A stretch of 63,736 nt of DNA, filler included, from Octopus bimaculoides (GCF_001194135.2; 9 parts of 9 records of this genome joined end to end with filler, not necessarily neighbours in it), one strand, 5' to 3'; shown: positions 24,362 through 38,679, counted from the first letter of the whole stretch. The notes: a model not told the origin generated them from the letters alone. Numbers and translations: made by a program.

Positions 24362-25554
24362 ATGCAATTTCGGTTTCTTAGCGTGAAATAGAAGTCATTT
24401 TCTTCATGCAAAGAATGAACTTTAATCAGTTATATATTTTCCATTTTGTTCGATGATCTCTTGCCATCTTTCTGGCAACTTCATGATTCCGCGCTCATAG
24501 AACTTCTGGTCTCTATCAGCCAAAAACTGAAGCAAGTGCGATTTTAGGTAATCATGTTTATTGAAAGTTTTACCATTGAAATAATTTTGCAAACTTCGAA
24601 ATGAATGGTAAACTGATGGTGCAAGGTCAAGGCTGTATGGTGAATGTAACATCACACCCCAACCAAGCTCCTATAATTTTTCACGAGTTAGCAAAAACGT
24701 GTGTGGTCTAGCGTTGTCATGGTGGAATACGATTCCTTTACGATTTGCCAATTCTGGTCGTTTTTCTTTGATTGCTTCCTCTAGTTTCACTAGTTGTTGA
24801 CTGTAAACATCTGAATTGATCGTTAGGTTCCTTGCAAGCAGCTCAAAATGCACAACACTTTTGTAATCCCACCAAATTGACAGCACGACCTTTTTTATGC
24901 AATTCAGATTTCGATGTGATTGGTGCTGGTTCATTACGCTTGGACCACGATCGTTTTCGATTAATGTTATTGTAGACAATACATTTTTCATTACCAGTGA
25001 TGATTCGTTTCACAAAACGGTCGATTTCATTACGTTTGAGATGCATATCGCAAATATTGATTCGTTGTGTTAAGTGAATCTCTTTCAATTTATGTGAAAC
25101 CCAAATACCGGGCTTTTTCACTAGTCCAAGATATTTAAAGTGATTTTCAATTGTTGTACGTGACACATTTAACATCTCTGCAATCTCTCGCACAATTATA
25201 TGACAATCAGATTCAATTATGGCTTTGATTCGGTCATCATCAACTTCAGTAGGTCGACCAGAACGTTGGTCATCTTTGAGTGAAAAATCTCCAGAACGGA
25301 ATTTATAAAACTATTTCTGACATGTGAGTTCTGTTAAGCTATCAACACCATAAACTTCACATTTCTCTTTGTGAGTCTCAGCAGCTTTCTTGCCTTTACG
25401 GAAATAAAAAGCAAAATATGGCGAAAATGTTCGTTTAGTATTCCATGTTAAAATTGACACTGAACTAACATCTGTAAACAAAATTATGCGCAACTTGCTT
25501 CTAAAGTAAGCTAAAAGTAACGGCTATCAAATGTGAAAAGGAAAAAAAAATCAT
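24362..25554 (-). mobile_element. Near-full-length mariner (Mos1-like) element; transposase pseudogene 24422-25446
   Basis: HTH, then GIWVSHKL (WVPHEL), ITGNEK (first Asp to Asn), HHDNARPH and SPYSLDLAPSVY (third Asp to Val). Frameshifts and stops; right end runs into a gap. Confidence 0.92.
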
Positions 25555-26600
25555 NNNNNNNNNNNNNNNNNNNNNNNNNNNNNNNNNNNNNNNNNNNNNN
25601 NNNNNNNNNNNNNNNNNNNNNNNNNNNNNNNNNNNNNNNNNNNNNNNNNNNNNNNNNNNNNNNNNNNNNNNNNNNNNNNNNNNNNNNNNNNNNNNNNNNN
25701 NNNNNNNNNNNNNNNNNNNNNNNNNNNNNNNNNNNNNNNNNNNNNNNNNNNNNNNNNNNNNNNNNNNNNNNNNNNNNNNNNNNNNNNNNNNNNNNNNNNN
25801 NNNNNNNNNNNNNNNNNNNNNNNNNNNNNNNNNNNNNNNNNNNNNNNNNNNNNNNNNNNNNNNNNNNNNNNNNNNNNNNNNNNNNNNNNNNNNNNNNNNN
25901 NNNNNNNNNNNNNNNNNNNNNNNNNNNNNNNNNNNNTATATATATGCATAAATATCTGTAATATTATAATATGTGACAATTATTCGGTTGCTATAATAAA
26001 ACTCCGAGTTTCGGATGTCAGGGTGGAAACCTGCACCGGTATCTCTTCAGTTATCGAGGCAATCAAAATATGCTATGAAAATGACCGTTAAACAAAGGGA
26101 AATTACTATGTAATTGACCGTTATTAAGACAAAAGAGCCATTAGAATGACCGTTAAATAAGGGAAAAAAACCGAAGGGGAGGAAGTAAAAAGTAAAGGAG
26201 TAAAAATGCTTATAGCAATTGCGTATGCGCGCATGCACATACATACACATGCGCGCACGCACACCCATGTACATGTGCCTATAGGCGCACCCATATAGAT
26301 GCATATATATATACAATAGATGCACATATATATATGCAACCATGCATGTACACGTATACATATCCACACACACGCGCGCATACACACACGTGCACATACC
26401 CACACGTGCACATACCCACACGCGCAGTTATATTCAAATACACGTCTAAAGATATGCACATGCTATATGCTCACTCACACTCGCGTGGAACACATGCATG
26501 TACACCCACATATATATATATGCAACCATACACATGTACATATACATGTACATATACATGTACATATATACGTGTGTGTGTATCTATGTATGTGTGTATT

Positions 26601-26648
<48 letters not shown>

Positions 26649-26704
26649 TTCGTATGTTTGTGTATGTGGGTGTGTATGTCCGTGTGCATGTGTAAGTATG
26701 CGCG

Positions 26705-26741
<37 letters not shown>

Positions 26742-26869
26742 GTATGTGCGCGTGCGTTTGAGCGTATTTGTATGTGTGTTTGTGCGAATGCGCGTTCGCG
26801 CGTGTTTGTGATAGACAACTCCTTTCATACTGTCACTGATGCACGGATCTGCATGAACATATCTGGTAT

Positions 26870-27230
26870 TAGCATTTGTAGAGAGATTCCTTTATATAGC
26901 GCACATTAAGTCGAAAGATTTATCTGGGAATTTATGAGAATATATACTGCTTGTGAGAGATTCTCCGTTATAGGGAATTCCATTTTCTAACCCATTTAGC
27001 AGCTCTATTATTACGGGCACTATTTTTGTTTTCATGCCCTATATTTTCAATATTTCTATCTCTAGTTCTTAATATTTGGATAACTTTTCAAGTGTCTCTA
27101 ATTGAAACGTATCTGCCCGTTGGGTATATCAGTTAGCGTGTATATCATAGCTTGTAAGTATTTGGTAACTGTGTCAGGCAGGTTCGAATCTATATTTGGT
27201 ATATTGTTTGAAAAAACAACCCCCTGAGGC
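26870..27230 (-). mobile_element. R4/Dong-like LINE restriction-like endonuclease C-terminal remnant
   Basis: DSNLPDTVTK...LTDIP...LEKLSKY*ELEIEILKI*GMKTKIVPVII. Confidence 0.55.
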
Positions 27231-27334
27231 GATATTTGCTATCTAGAATATAAGAATTCGGGCATAGAGGATTGACAAAATCATTAAGGGCGCTTGAAAA
27301 CATACCTTGCATTGTTTATTCCGTCTCTTTACGT

Positions 27335-27462
27335 GCTTTCCAACGCTATGGCTCCAGGTCCAGTCCCACTGCGCGGCACCTTGGGCAAGTGTCTTCTGCT
27401 ATAGCTACCAGACCGACCACAGCCTTGAGAGCTGATTTGGTAGACAGAAACTGAAAGAAACT
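27335..27462 (+). mobile_element. SINE family A head/core fragment
   Basis: CAGTCCCACTGCGCGGCACCTTGGGCAAGTGTCTTCT...TTTGGTAGACAGAAACTGAAAGAA. Confidence 0.85.
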
Positions 27463-27476
27463 CGAAGTGTATATAT

Positions 27477-27900
27477 TCTTTTACTGGTTTCAGTCATTTG
27501 ACTGCGGCCATGCTGGAGCACTGCTTTAAAGGTCTGCTTTCCAGTCGAAGAAATCAACCCACGAGACTTATTCTTTGTAAGCCTAGTACTTATTTTATTG
27601 GTCTCTTTTGCTGATCCACCAACATCAGTTGTCAAGCGATGGTGATGGGGGCAAACACAGACACAAACACACACACGCACACACATACACATAAATACAC
27701 ACACACACGCACGCACACGCACACGCACACACACATATACACGACTGACATCTTTTAAGTTTTCGTCTACCAAATCCACTTATAATCCTTTGCTCGGCCC
27801 GAGGCTATAGTAGATACTTGCTCAAGGTACCATGCATTGGAACTAAACCGGAACAATGTGGTCGGGAAGCAAGTTTCTTACCGCATAGCCATGCCAGCGC
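27477..27900 (-). mobile_element. SINE family A, full length
   Basis: Tail, 3' half, (CA)n and head are all present. Confidence 0.85.
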
Positions 27901-28102
27901 ATCATATATATAATAAGAGAGGCAGAAACCAAGAAAATGCCACTTGTATTTGAACACTATGCAAATATTCTTTTAAAAAACTTTTCTTTTAATTTTTCCA
28001 AAATTTAGTTGTCTTCCATATTTACAGTTGAAAAAGTCTTAATGACCGAAACCGGTACTGAAATGTTTTTTATAAAATTATTTTAGCATTTTCTACCTTG
28101 AT

Positions 28103-28145
<43 letters not shown>

Positions 28146-28253
28146 CTTATATGNNNNNNNNNNNNNNNNNNNNNNNNNNNNNNNNNNNNNNNNNNNNTTA
28201 ATTAATTAANNNNNNNNNNNNNNNNNNNNNNNNNNNNNNNNNNNNNNNNNNNN

Positions 28254-28303
<50 letters not shown>

Positions 28304-28580
28304 GAGTGAGAGAGCAGCACACGTCATCAAAGTCACATTGGGGTACAAATATACGAAGATCAATATACTCATCATATACTCATCATATACCAAAGCATAT
28401 GCATCACAACCATATGTGCGCGACATGGTGATCTCATATCAACATAAACAGCGCATGACCTAGCAGGTGGAGCCTAATTAGAATTTCTTCAGGTTGGGTA
28501 GCCCATCCCGCTCAAAATGTCCTTGAATAAGGGTTGTTTAAGGATGATGAACAAGACATTTCCAGAGGTGAAACAATTCA
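28254..28580 (-). mobile_element. Probable LINE 3' UTR with (AAT)n tail
   Basis: (TTA)n tract abutting GAGTGAGAGAGCAG...; resembles a common octopus repeat (recognition only). Confidence 0.4.
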
Positions 28581-29334
28581 ACTGATTTAACAGTCACAAC
28601 TCTACAGAGCCAAAATATTTACATTGTTTCTGCTGCTATTCAGTTGACAGAATTACTATACCTAATAGTTTATATGATGTCAAAACAAACAGAATTTAGA
28701 GGATAGTCGAGTTAGGAGGAAGGAATAATTGAAGTCATTGACCCAGTTACCTATACATCAAAACAAAAGAGTGAGGATTGTCTCCAACCGTCTAGAATTA
28801 AGTCTTAGTGGAGCTGTACATGTATTCTGGTCAGTGGTGATGAATTGATTAATAGCATGTCGGCTGACTAAACGATGATGTGTAATGGAACAATACATCC
28901 GGCTTTATCTACAAAAGTTGGTAAGGCATAGAATATGGGAAAGAAATGGTAAGTAACAAAAAAAAAAGAAAAGAAAAAGTACAAGAAAAAGGGATTGGGT
29001 GAGCTGATACAACTTATTTTGATTGTCATATTAAAAGAGAAAGACCTTGAAACCAAACTGGAATAAGTATTAGAAAGTAGGGGTAGAAACCAAACTCAGA
29101 GACTAGGAAAAGGTGTCCCCTACAGTTTAGCATATTTATGATATTATAGCAATAGATATAATATTGAATATATAGGCGGTGGATACAATTATACATAAAT
29201 TTATAATAAAGAGATATTTTAAGACAAAAGAGAAATAATAAAACTTTTCGTAGTTGTAATGTATAAAATATCCTGTTAAAGAATATAGATAGAATTTATA
29301 ATGGAATTACATATATTTCTTTTTTATTCCCTTA

Positions 29335-29739
29335 TTCTTTTAATTGTTTCAGTTATTTGACTGCGACCATGCTGGAGCACCGCCTTTAGTCGAGAAAATC
29401 AACCCCAGAATTTATTTTTTCGTAAGCATGGTACTTATTCTATTGGCTTTGTTTTGCCGAACCACTAAGTTATGGGGATGTAAACACACCAACATCGGTT
29501 GTCAAGCGATGGAGGGGTGACAAACAAAGACACACAAATATATGCATGCATACATATATATATATATCTATGCATACGATGGCCTTCTTTCAGTTTCTGT
29601 CCACCAAATCCACTCAGAAGCCTTTGGTTGGCCTGAGACGACAGTAGAAGGCTATTGACCAAGGTGCCACCCGGTGGGACCGAAGTCGGAACCATGTAGT
29701 TGGGAAGCAAGCTTTTTACCATACAGCCACACCTGCGCC
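29335..29739 (-). mobile_element. SINE family A, full length
   Basis: Complete head, core, microsatellite and tail. Confidence 0.9.
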
Positions 29740-30049
29740 TAGATATTTATAATATAAAGTGAACTGACCTTAGAAACATTCTGCATCATTACGGGTGGAT
29801 ACGGATAGCCAGCAATACCTCATTATCTACGGTTGGATAAGGATAGCCATCATTACGTCATCATCTACGAAGGTTTAGGAACTCAGTGGGATATAGTGCG
29901 TAGAGCTCAGCCATACACATATAGACGATATGGGCGTGGACTATGTTGTATGGAGGCATATGAAATATTCAAATACAGAGATATAGATATAAAAACAACC
30001 TAATTACGATTACCTGCACTTTTAAATATTTTACAAGCAGCTAATAATA

Positions 30050-30420
30050 AACACCCCATATTGTATCTTTGCTGACATAAGTTACTCAATGCGCCACATT
30101 ATTCATAGCTTACTCTCCGTGGTATTGAAACATGTTCCTTAATGCATTCTAATGACCCTTAACCCCACTGCTCCTGTATGTATAGCTAACAGCACTCTCT
30201 ACATTTAGCATTCTCTCGTAACAATTTATCTAACCTGTAAAATTAAATGAATATTTTATAGCTTAAATTAGGAGACAGTAGTTTATTAGTTAATTTATAT
30301 AACCTAGTGTAATTTATACCCTATTAATTATTACAATATGAATTTACCCCTTTATTCCATATAAGGTTCATATAAAATATATATATTTCTTTTCTTAGTG
30401 AACTTTTAAATTTCGTAACT
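30050..30420 (-). mobile_element. Possible old Penelope GIY-YIG remnant
   Basis: CRECC*LYIQEQWG*GSLECIKEH resembles C..C...YIGETGR.L..RIKEH. Confidence 0.35.
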
Positions 30421-31678
30421 CTCCTAAGTATAAAATATACACTTTAAGATCTGGTAGCATCTTACCTGTATTCATTTCCGGTGTAATTTAGAAATACTTT
30501 ATAAAGCCCTTTTCAGAGTAATTTTACTTTTATTACAATTTATTTTTTATGTTTATCCTTTATTATTAATAATAATAATCTTGCTATAATGTTTTTCTAT
30601 ATATCTATACTTTAAAAAATCTTTTAATTTTATTTTATATCCTTCTTTACATCTTTATATCTTATATGCCTTTATATATAATTTTTCTATCTTATATTTT
30701 AAAAAAAAATTATGCCTTTATATACTCATTTATATATTTTTAACAGTTTATACACTTTTATATGCATCGCAGTTAGCTTTAATCTCGTATTGTTATATTT
30801 TGATAACATTATATTCATTATTTGATCGTGGGCCTAAATTTTTAAATTTTGTAAGTGAATGTATTCCTTTCTGTATTTTAAATATCTAATTTACTTACCC
30901 TACACCTAGCTACTTATTCTTTGTTATGCCATATCCTTATCCACACTTAATAATACGGAATGTTTCTAATATCAGTTTACTTTGTATTACTAATATGTAA
31001 TTATAAATAATTCTGTTATAAATTCTGTCTATATTCTTTCTCCCAGGAAATATTATACACTACATTTACGAAAAGTTTTATTATTTCTTTTATATACTGA
31101 AGTGTCTCTTTATTATAAGTTTATGTATAATTTTATCCTCTGCCTATATATTTAATATTTAAAGTACACACACACACCCAAACACACACACAGACACAGA
31201 TATACCTCTACATACACCACCCTCCACACACACGACTCACCCATACATACACTTCCACACTCACTCACACGCATCTACACACACTTCTCCACAGGCTCAC
31301 ACGATCACACACATACATACATATACAGAGATACAGACTGACACAGAGAGCGGGACACACGCACCCATACACGTGTTTACACACACACACACACACAAAT
31401 ATTCCCACTCCGTCTAGGGTACATATGTCAATACACACACATCCACACCCACCCAATCACCCCCGCTCTCTTCAGACTTCTTCAGAGTGTCTCTCAGACT
31501 CACTGCTTACCATCCCATCTACACATACGAGCAAAAACACACATGCACACACACGTCACCACTACCACACTTGTATCAATGGCGTAGTTATTCTAGCGCT
31601 GAATGTTCCAGGAAATTAAAATATCAAGGAATTTAGAACTGACAGACAGACATGCAGACAAACGAACAGAAGCACAGT

Positions 31679-31750
<72 letters not shown>

Positions 31751-32150
31751 CAGACAGGCAGACAGACATNNNNNNNNNNNNNNNNNNNNNNNNNNNNNNN
31801 NNNNNNNNNNNNNNNNNNNNNNNNNNNNNNNNNNNNNNNNNNNNNNNNNNNNNNNNNNNNNNNNNNNNNNNNNNNNNNNNNNNNNNNNNNNNNNNNNNNN
31901 NNNNNNNNNNNNNNNNNNNNNNNNNNNNNNNNNNNNNNNNNNNNNNNNNNNNNNNNNNNNNNNNNNNNNNNNNNNNNNNNNNNNNNNNNNNNNNNNNNNN
32001 NNNNNNNNNNNNNNNNNNNNNNNNNNNNNNNNNNNNNNNNNNNNNNNNNNNNNNNNNNNNNNNNNNNNNNNNNNNNNNNNNNNNNNNNNNNNNNNNNNNN
32101 NNNNNNNNNNNNNNNNNNNNNNNNNNNNNNNNNNNNNNNNNNNNNNNNNN

Positions 32151-32265
32151 TTCCTCTCTATTCTCATCCTCCTTTTCAAGTGGTACTTGAAAAACTTGAC
32201 GAGCGACTGACCAGAGAGGGAAGTGTTTGTTTGTAGACCTTTCAAACGCGTCCACCACACGCATT
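32151..32265 (-). mobile_element. L1/Tx1-like ORF2 C-terminal fragment
   Basis: [37 protein letters not shown], homologous to 8353-8520. Confidence 0.55.
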
Positions 32266-32267
32266 CT

Positions 32268-32339
<72 letters not shown>

Positions 32340-32393
32340 CAGACAGGCAGACAGACATACAGACAGACAGACAGATAGATAGATGGATAGATG

Positions 32394-32437
<44 letters not shown>

Positions 32438-32438
32438 C

Positions 32439-32530
32439 AACGGGCTTCTTTCAGTTTCCATCTACCAAATCCACTCAGAAGGCTTTGGCCCCACCGAGGC
32501 TATAGTAGAAGACACTTGGCCAAGGTGTCA
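32439..32530 (-). mobile_element. SINE family A core fragment
   Basis: CGGGCTTCTTTCAGTTTCCATCTACCAAATCCAC...CAAGGTGTCA. Confidence 0.8.
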
Positions 32531-32535
32531 AGCAG

Positions 32536-32960
32536 TACGCTGAACTATTGAGAAATCTGCAGTTACTTTATGCAGGTTATATGTTCAGGTTTATACCTGT
32601 AATTACTGGTGCCCTGGGTTACGTAACATACTTCCTAAATACTAATCTTGAGAAATTAGGCAAAGCTAATTAGAAGACTGCAGACCCAATCCATCTCTGG
32701 AACTGTAAAAATCTGTAAAATGTTTCAGAATTTTATCATGAAGTTTTTTTATGAGCATGACTAGATATGCAACTATATGCATGAGAATACATAAATGAAA
32801 CAAAACACACAAATCTGCATACATACAAATCTGCATACATACATACATACATACATATAAAAATACCCAGTTGTTAATTTTGAAATTCCAATGAAGGAGC
32901 CTTGGATCGCGTTTGGAAACCGGCACTTGACAAGAAATCTTGAAATAAAACTGAATAATG
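32536..32960 (+). mobile_element. R4/NeSL-group LINE 3' end
   Basis: YAELLRNLQLLYAGYMFRFIPVITGALGYVT...NLEKLG; homologous copy at 38211-38679 (-). Confidence 0.6.
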
Positions 32961-33472
32961 ACATACATACATACGTACGTTCGTACTACATACATACATA
33001 CATACATACATACATACAGTTTGAATTTGTGTTCAGCTTGTTCTATCATTCAGCTAAACGAACAATTGCGGTGCTCATACCACAGCACAATCAGTTCTAT
33101 TCACCTGAATCTCATTGGAGAATTTAGAATAGTAATGTCGACGTAAGAAAACGAAAAGAAAAAATGGCAATTGTAGCATGTCATTGAAGGATATTGGTAG
33201 TCTTACACATGCTTTGTTTTGTAACAGATTCGTTCATTGAGTTTCTGTCCTCAATAGGAAAGATACGTAAACGCAAGGGTACGCTGTCTCTCCGAGATTG
33301 CGCTTCAGGAGCTGAATTCTGCTTTTATACACAACTTCAATATTGCAGTTTATTCATTCAATAAATTATTTTCTTCTTACAAATGAAACAGAAAACAAAA
33401 TCTCACGTCAATTATTGATATTGCTGTCATTATTATTGTTGTTGTTGTTGTTACTGTTATTATTATTATTAT

Positions 33473-33531
<59 letters not shown>

Positions 33532-33796
33532 AAGTTTTGTTTTCAAGAATTCATTTCGTTATATTTTTTTATTTCTCGCGACTTTTTTTTATAAAAGATA
33601 TTTGAATAAGCTTCCCAGATTGAAATTATGTATGTATATATATATATATATATATNNNNNNNNNNNNNNNNNNNNNNNNNNNNNNNNNNNNNNNNNNNNN
33701 NNNNNNNNNNNNNNNNNNNNNNNNNNNNNNNNNNNNNNNNNNNNNNNNNNNNNNNNNNNNNNNNNNNNNNNNNNNNNNNNNNNNNNNNNNNNNNNN

Positions 33797-33848
<52 letters not shown>

Positions 33849-34057
33849 ACACACAAAAAGACTGAAATATTTATGATATTCCATTACTCTTAAATTATGA
33901 TATTGATAACTTAGAATGTGTTTTAATATTCTACAGAGTATATGTGTATATATACAGAGTATGTGCGTGTCTATGTGTGCATGTGTGTGTGTGTGAGTGT
34001 GTGCGTGTGAGTGTGTGCGTGTGTATATACATATATATCAACGTATAATTTATGCAT

Positions 34058-34097
<40 letters not shown>

Positions 34098-36779
34098 GTA
34101 TGTGTATAAAGGCAATTGTGCGTGTGTGTGTGCGTGTATGTATATGTATTTATATAAAAATATTCACATGTACGTGTGTGTATGAGTGTGCGTATGTACG
34201 TGTGTGTGCGTGAGTGCGTGTGTGTGTCTGCGTTTCTCTTGCCAACTTCTGAATACATTAATATTTTTTGAAAAAAAAAACGAAAAAACAAAGTTGAATA
34301 AACAAGAGTTATCTTAAATCCCAACGTAGCTCAAATAATAATAAGAGTTAAGAATAAGTATAAGAATAAGAATAGGAATAAGAATAATATCAATAAAGAA
34401 CATAAAAATTCTAATGCAGCACCTTTATCTTTCACGTGAGTATATTTCTCAACTGAAATTATAAGTTACAAGATGATAAAATTGATAATAAATTTTAATA
34501 CTTCTAATCTTGGTCGTGTGAAATACTGCCTGTGTTATGTACTTAGTTATTTTGATTATCATTTTCTCTCCTTTCTTTACGTCTCCATACTTTGCTGTAT
34601 GCATTAAATACGATTATGTTGAGAGGTAAATACCGTCGATACTTGATGATTTCTGTTAATGCGCTCTCTTTCATAAGCGTTAAATTCTGAAATTCCCTAC
34701 AAAATATGGGAAAATATTACTTGTTTCCCCAGTTCAAAGATCCTGAATTATAATATCAATGGCTTATTTATTTTTACAATTAAATCATAAGGCATAGTTT
34801 ATAAGATCGGGATTAAACATTGAATTATATTGTGTATTGACGAATTACCATCTTCTACGTGTAAAGAAATAAGCTAAGGAAATATTTTAAAATTGTTCTT
34901 CAGCGACAAGAATTAATGCGACGTCAACTTCAAATATATCATTGCTTTATTGGGTTGGCATGCAGATATTGAATATAGTTCGTATTTCTTTAGAACGTGT
35001 TACGATGTCATTTTGCATCTTACTGTCTTTATTAAGTTACATGTTGAACCAGCGTTTATTATCTTATATTGCTGTTATTATCGTAATAATTTGACATGAG
35101 ACTAAAAGCTCATTCAAATCCTGTATACAACGGGGACCTCAACAAATGACAAAAATACACATATGGAACATTATATTTTGATTTTATTTTCCGTGGTAAC
35201 TGAACTGACGGTTTTGATCAACGCACATTTTGATACATTCAACTATATACGGATGTGTGTGCTTGTATGTGTGTGTGTGTGTGTATGTGTGTGTATTTGT
35301 ATACATACATACACGCACGCATATACGTATATATATATATATGTATGTATGTATATGTATAGATAGATAGATAGATAGATANNNNNNNNNNNNNNNNNNN
35401 NNNNNNNNNNNNNNNNNNNNNNNNNTTAATTAATTAANNNNNNNNNNNNNNNNNNNNNNNNNNNNNNNNNNNNNNNNNNNNTATATATATATATGTATGT
35501 ATGTATGTATATGTATATATGTATATACATATTAGGAAGCACCTGCGACAGACAAGATGTGAACTCGCTAACTATGAACTGGCAATCCAATTCGCTCATT
35601 TTATTTCCATGTTATTAAACTTTTCCATAGGATAAAGTACTTATTTCCATTCGCTGTTAATCTTAACCAAATACGCCTAACGACCTAATAAGAATTTGTT
35701 CAACCGAGACAGCATATAACGTCTGTAATATGGTACCAATATTAAAAAAAAAACAGTAATAGACATTGATCAATGTGTATGCTTGTTATTCATTCGGCTT
35801 TCGTTTTCCCAGTTTTCTCAACATTTAAACACAACTACTGAATACCTTTGGAAATGAAACATCCATAACTCATGAAAGACCATGGCTTCTACAAAACAAA
35901 GGAAACGTATTACGAGGACAATTGCTATTAACAAAAAGTTCGCAAATTTGTGCCAAAAATTCTATAATAAGCCATCTAGGTTTTTTTATAATGCTGTTTT
36001 GAATTGATGGCTATGCGCACTAGATATAGTATGTCTGTTTAGCCATATTGTTACCCTTGTCGTTTAGAAGGTATGAAGGTTTTGTAGCGAAAAGTATCAA
36101 GAATGCAAATTGAATCAATGGAAATGTATGTAGCATAACACTTTATGGTTCAAGATAGAATTATACTGAAGTTGTTTTATATGTCGTTCAGTTAGCCGTT
36201 GCGAAATTCGAACACAACAGCATAATACAATTCTTGTCAATCATACAGCTTTCTCTCCTATACGCAAGTATGCAGTAATGAACAATCCTTTACATGACGG
36301 TCGTTCAGAGTTACCTTTCAGCCGGTATGTCGAGACAATATTGAACGTACAAATTATTTTTCGGACAGATAAGCTAACAAAAGCCCCTTTATTCTGTCTT
36401 CCCACATAGCCTGCGCATAAACGAACAGCTAATGCTACATAAAGTTAAATTGGTAAGGAGCTTTCTGAAAGATATGTATACCTTTCGCTAGCGGAAGCAA
36501 AACTCATATTTAAAGGTTGATTCTTTGGGACGAATCATATGGGATTGTTTAGAAAAGCTAGAACGACAATGCTAAAACGTATTTGAAACGATGGACAACA
36601 GTCGAAATATCATAATGGATGGGTAAATAAGCATCCTTAAAGTAAAACAACGCATTGGTAGGTAAACAAATGTAATTTAATCAACGTCGCTGGTGAACAG
36701 TGGAAATAAATAAATAGACAAACTCCTTTCTCTTTTATAAAAAGATTTTTAAAGTATGGAAGAACCTACATACAAAAAA

Positions 36780-36952
36780 CTATGTTCGATTATGTCCATT
36801 TACGCGGGGGCTTGAGGCAAAATGTTATAGTGCATGACCATCCTTGGGATATAAGTAATGTGTGCGTAAAACTCGGTGAAAATCAGTTGAGAATTGTGGA
36901 AATGTATGCGTTAGTCATTATACACACAATACTGTGATTTATATATACTAGA
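36780..36952 (-). mobile_element. Helitron/HINE-like 5' fragment, tentative
   Basis: Minus strand begins TCTAGTATATATAAATCACAG and contains ATTTTCACCGAGTTTTACGCACACATTAC; no 3' end found. Confidence 0.35.
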
Positions 36953-37319
36953 CACACACAAATACACACACACACACACAGATATATATTACGGGTTTAC
37001 CAAATTCACTCTGGGGTTATAATAGAAGTTACTTGCTCAATAGGACTGTCACGCAATTGGACTGAACCCGGAACAATATGGTCGAGAAGCAAACTTCTAG
37101 CCACGCCTCATATTGATAGATTATATGTAAAAGAAGTTACTAAATTCTCGTCTCTGGGGCCAAATTGTTCGTGATTAGTCCATTCTCCCAATAAAATAGC
37201 TCTCGGCAGATTAACAAAAGGTAAAAAAAAAAACCTGATCAATAATATGAAAATCCAGATCTCACACTGATTTTCTTCAAGTTACTACTACCCATAAATA
37301 TTTTTTTCCAATTTTTGGC

Positions 37320-37503
37320 ACAGGACCGGTAATTTTGAGAGGATGAGATGCCTATTATGTCGACCTAAGTGTTCAACTGGTATTTATTTTATAAGTCCCT
37401 GAAAGGGTGAAAGCAAAGTTGAACACAGCAGCATTTGAACACACAACAATGCCGCTCAGCATTTTACCTGACGTGCTAACCGATTCCGCCAGCTTGCCGA
37501 CCT
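37320..37503 (-). mobile_element. SINE family C, diverged
   Basis: Minus strand GGCAAGCTGGCGGAATCGGTTAGCACG...GTTCAAAT...CCCTTTCAGGG...ATAAAATAAATACCAGT. Confidence 0.7.
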
Positions 37504-37954
37504 ACAGGTCACCTTATTATAGAATATCAATTTGATTTTCTCGAAGTATTTTTTTTTTTTTTTGGACTAATGATATGAAACGATTAACGTTAAAGAGCGC
37601 ATTGCATGTAGCCTCCATTCAAAACCTCACGAATATTAAAAAAAAAATCTAATACGACTCATGCATATTTATACAGTTTCTTCATTAGAATATTTATTTA
37701 CAATAGCTCCCTATCAATTAACCCCGTCTTAACCTCGTCTAATGGGCAAATCTCTTAACATGGTTATTCCCTTGAATTTTTCAAATAGTTGCATGAGGGA
37801 AAAGAATCTGACATTTGTTTACCATGCCCTCAATTCTCAATTTTTGCTCTCATCTTCCTATGATTCTATCGACCGCCATCATTAACTCTCTATGTCTCGC
37901 TCTGTTCTCGTTAATAATTTTTTTTTTCTGTTTTTCTCTGTCTCTCGGTCTCTT

Positions 37955-38036
<82 letters not shown>

Positions 38037-38210
38037 CTTGTGTGTAAGACTATGTATGTATACATATATGTGTGCGTTGTGTGTGTGCGCACATGTATGT
38101 ATATGTGTATAAATATATTTATGTATGTATAAATGCATGTGTACATTATGTGTATGCACATATGTATCATGTATTTATGTAATTATGTATGTACGCACGC
38201 ATATAAGTAT

Positions 38211-38679
38211 GTCATTATTCAGATATATTTCAAGATGTCTTCCCCATAGAGAAAGAGCCGGTTTCTAACCTAGATACAAGGCTTCTTCATTGGAATTTCA
38301 ACATCAACAGTGTATTTTTTGTATGTATGTATGTATGCATGTATGTATGTATGTATGTATGTATGTATGTATGTATGCAGATTTGTATATTTTGTTTTAT
38401 GTATGTATTCTCATGCATATAGCTGCATGTCTAGATATGCTCGTATATACTTAAATGATAAACGTCTGGAAAGTTTTTCAGATTTTTACAGTTCAAGTGA
38501 TGAATTGGATTTGTAGTCTTCGGATCAGCTTTCTCCTTTCTGGTTTTGAGAAGCCTAATTTCGCAAGATCAGCATTTAGGTAGTGTGTTACACACCTCAG
38601 TACCCCAATAATTACAAGTATGAACCTGAGCTTGTAATTTGGATAGAGTAACTGCAAATTTCTCAAATAGTTCAGCGCA
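38211..38679 (-). mobile_element. R4/NeSL-group LINE 3' end
   Basis: Aligns in reverse to 32536-32960; reads ...KLGFSKPERRKLIRRLQIQ. Confidence 0.65.

Noticed and set aside
26830-27000. Apparent Ig-domain pseudo-exon (KWVR.NGIP...)
   Set aside because: The upstream frame reads as an R4/Dong endonuclease C-terminus, so it is LINE-derived.
32536-38679. Inverted pair of R4-like 3' ends as a dsRNA structure
   Set aside because: The copies are in different spacer-separated segments.
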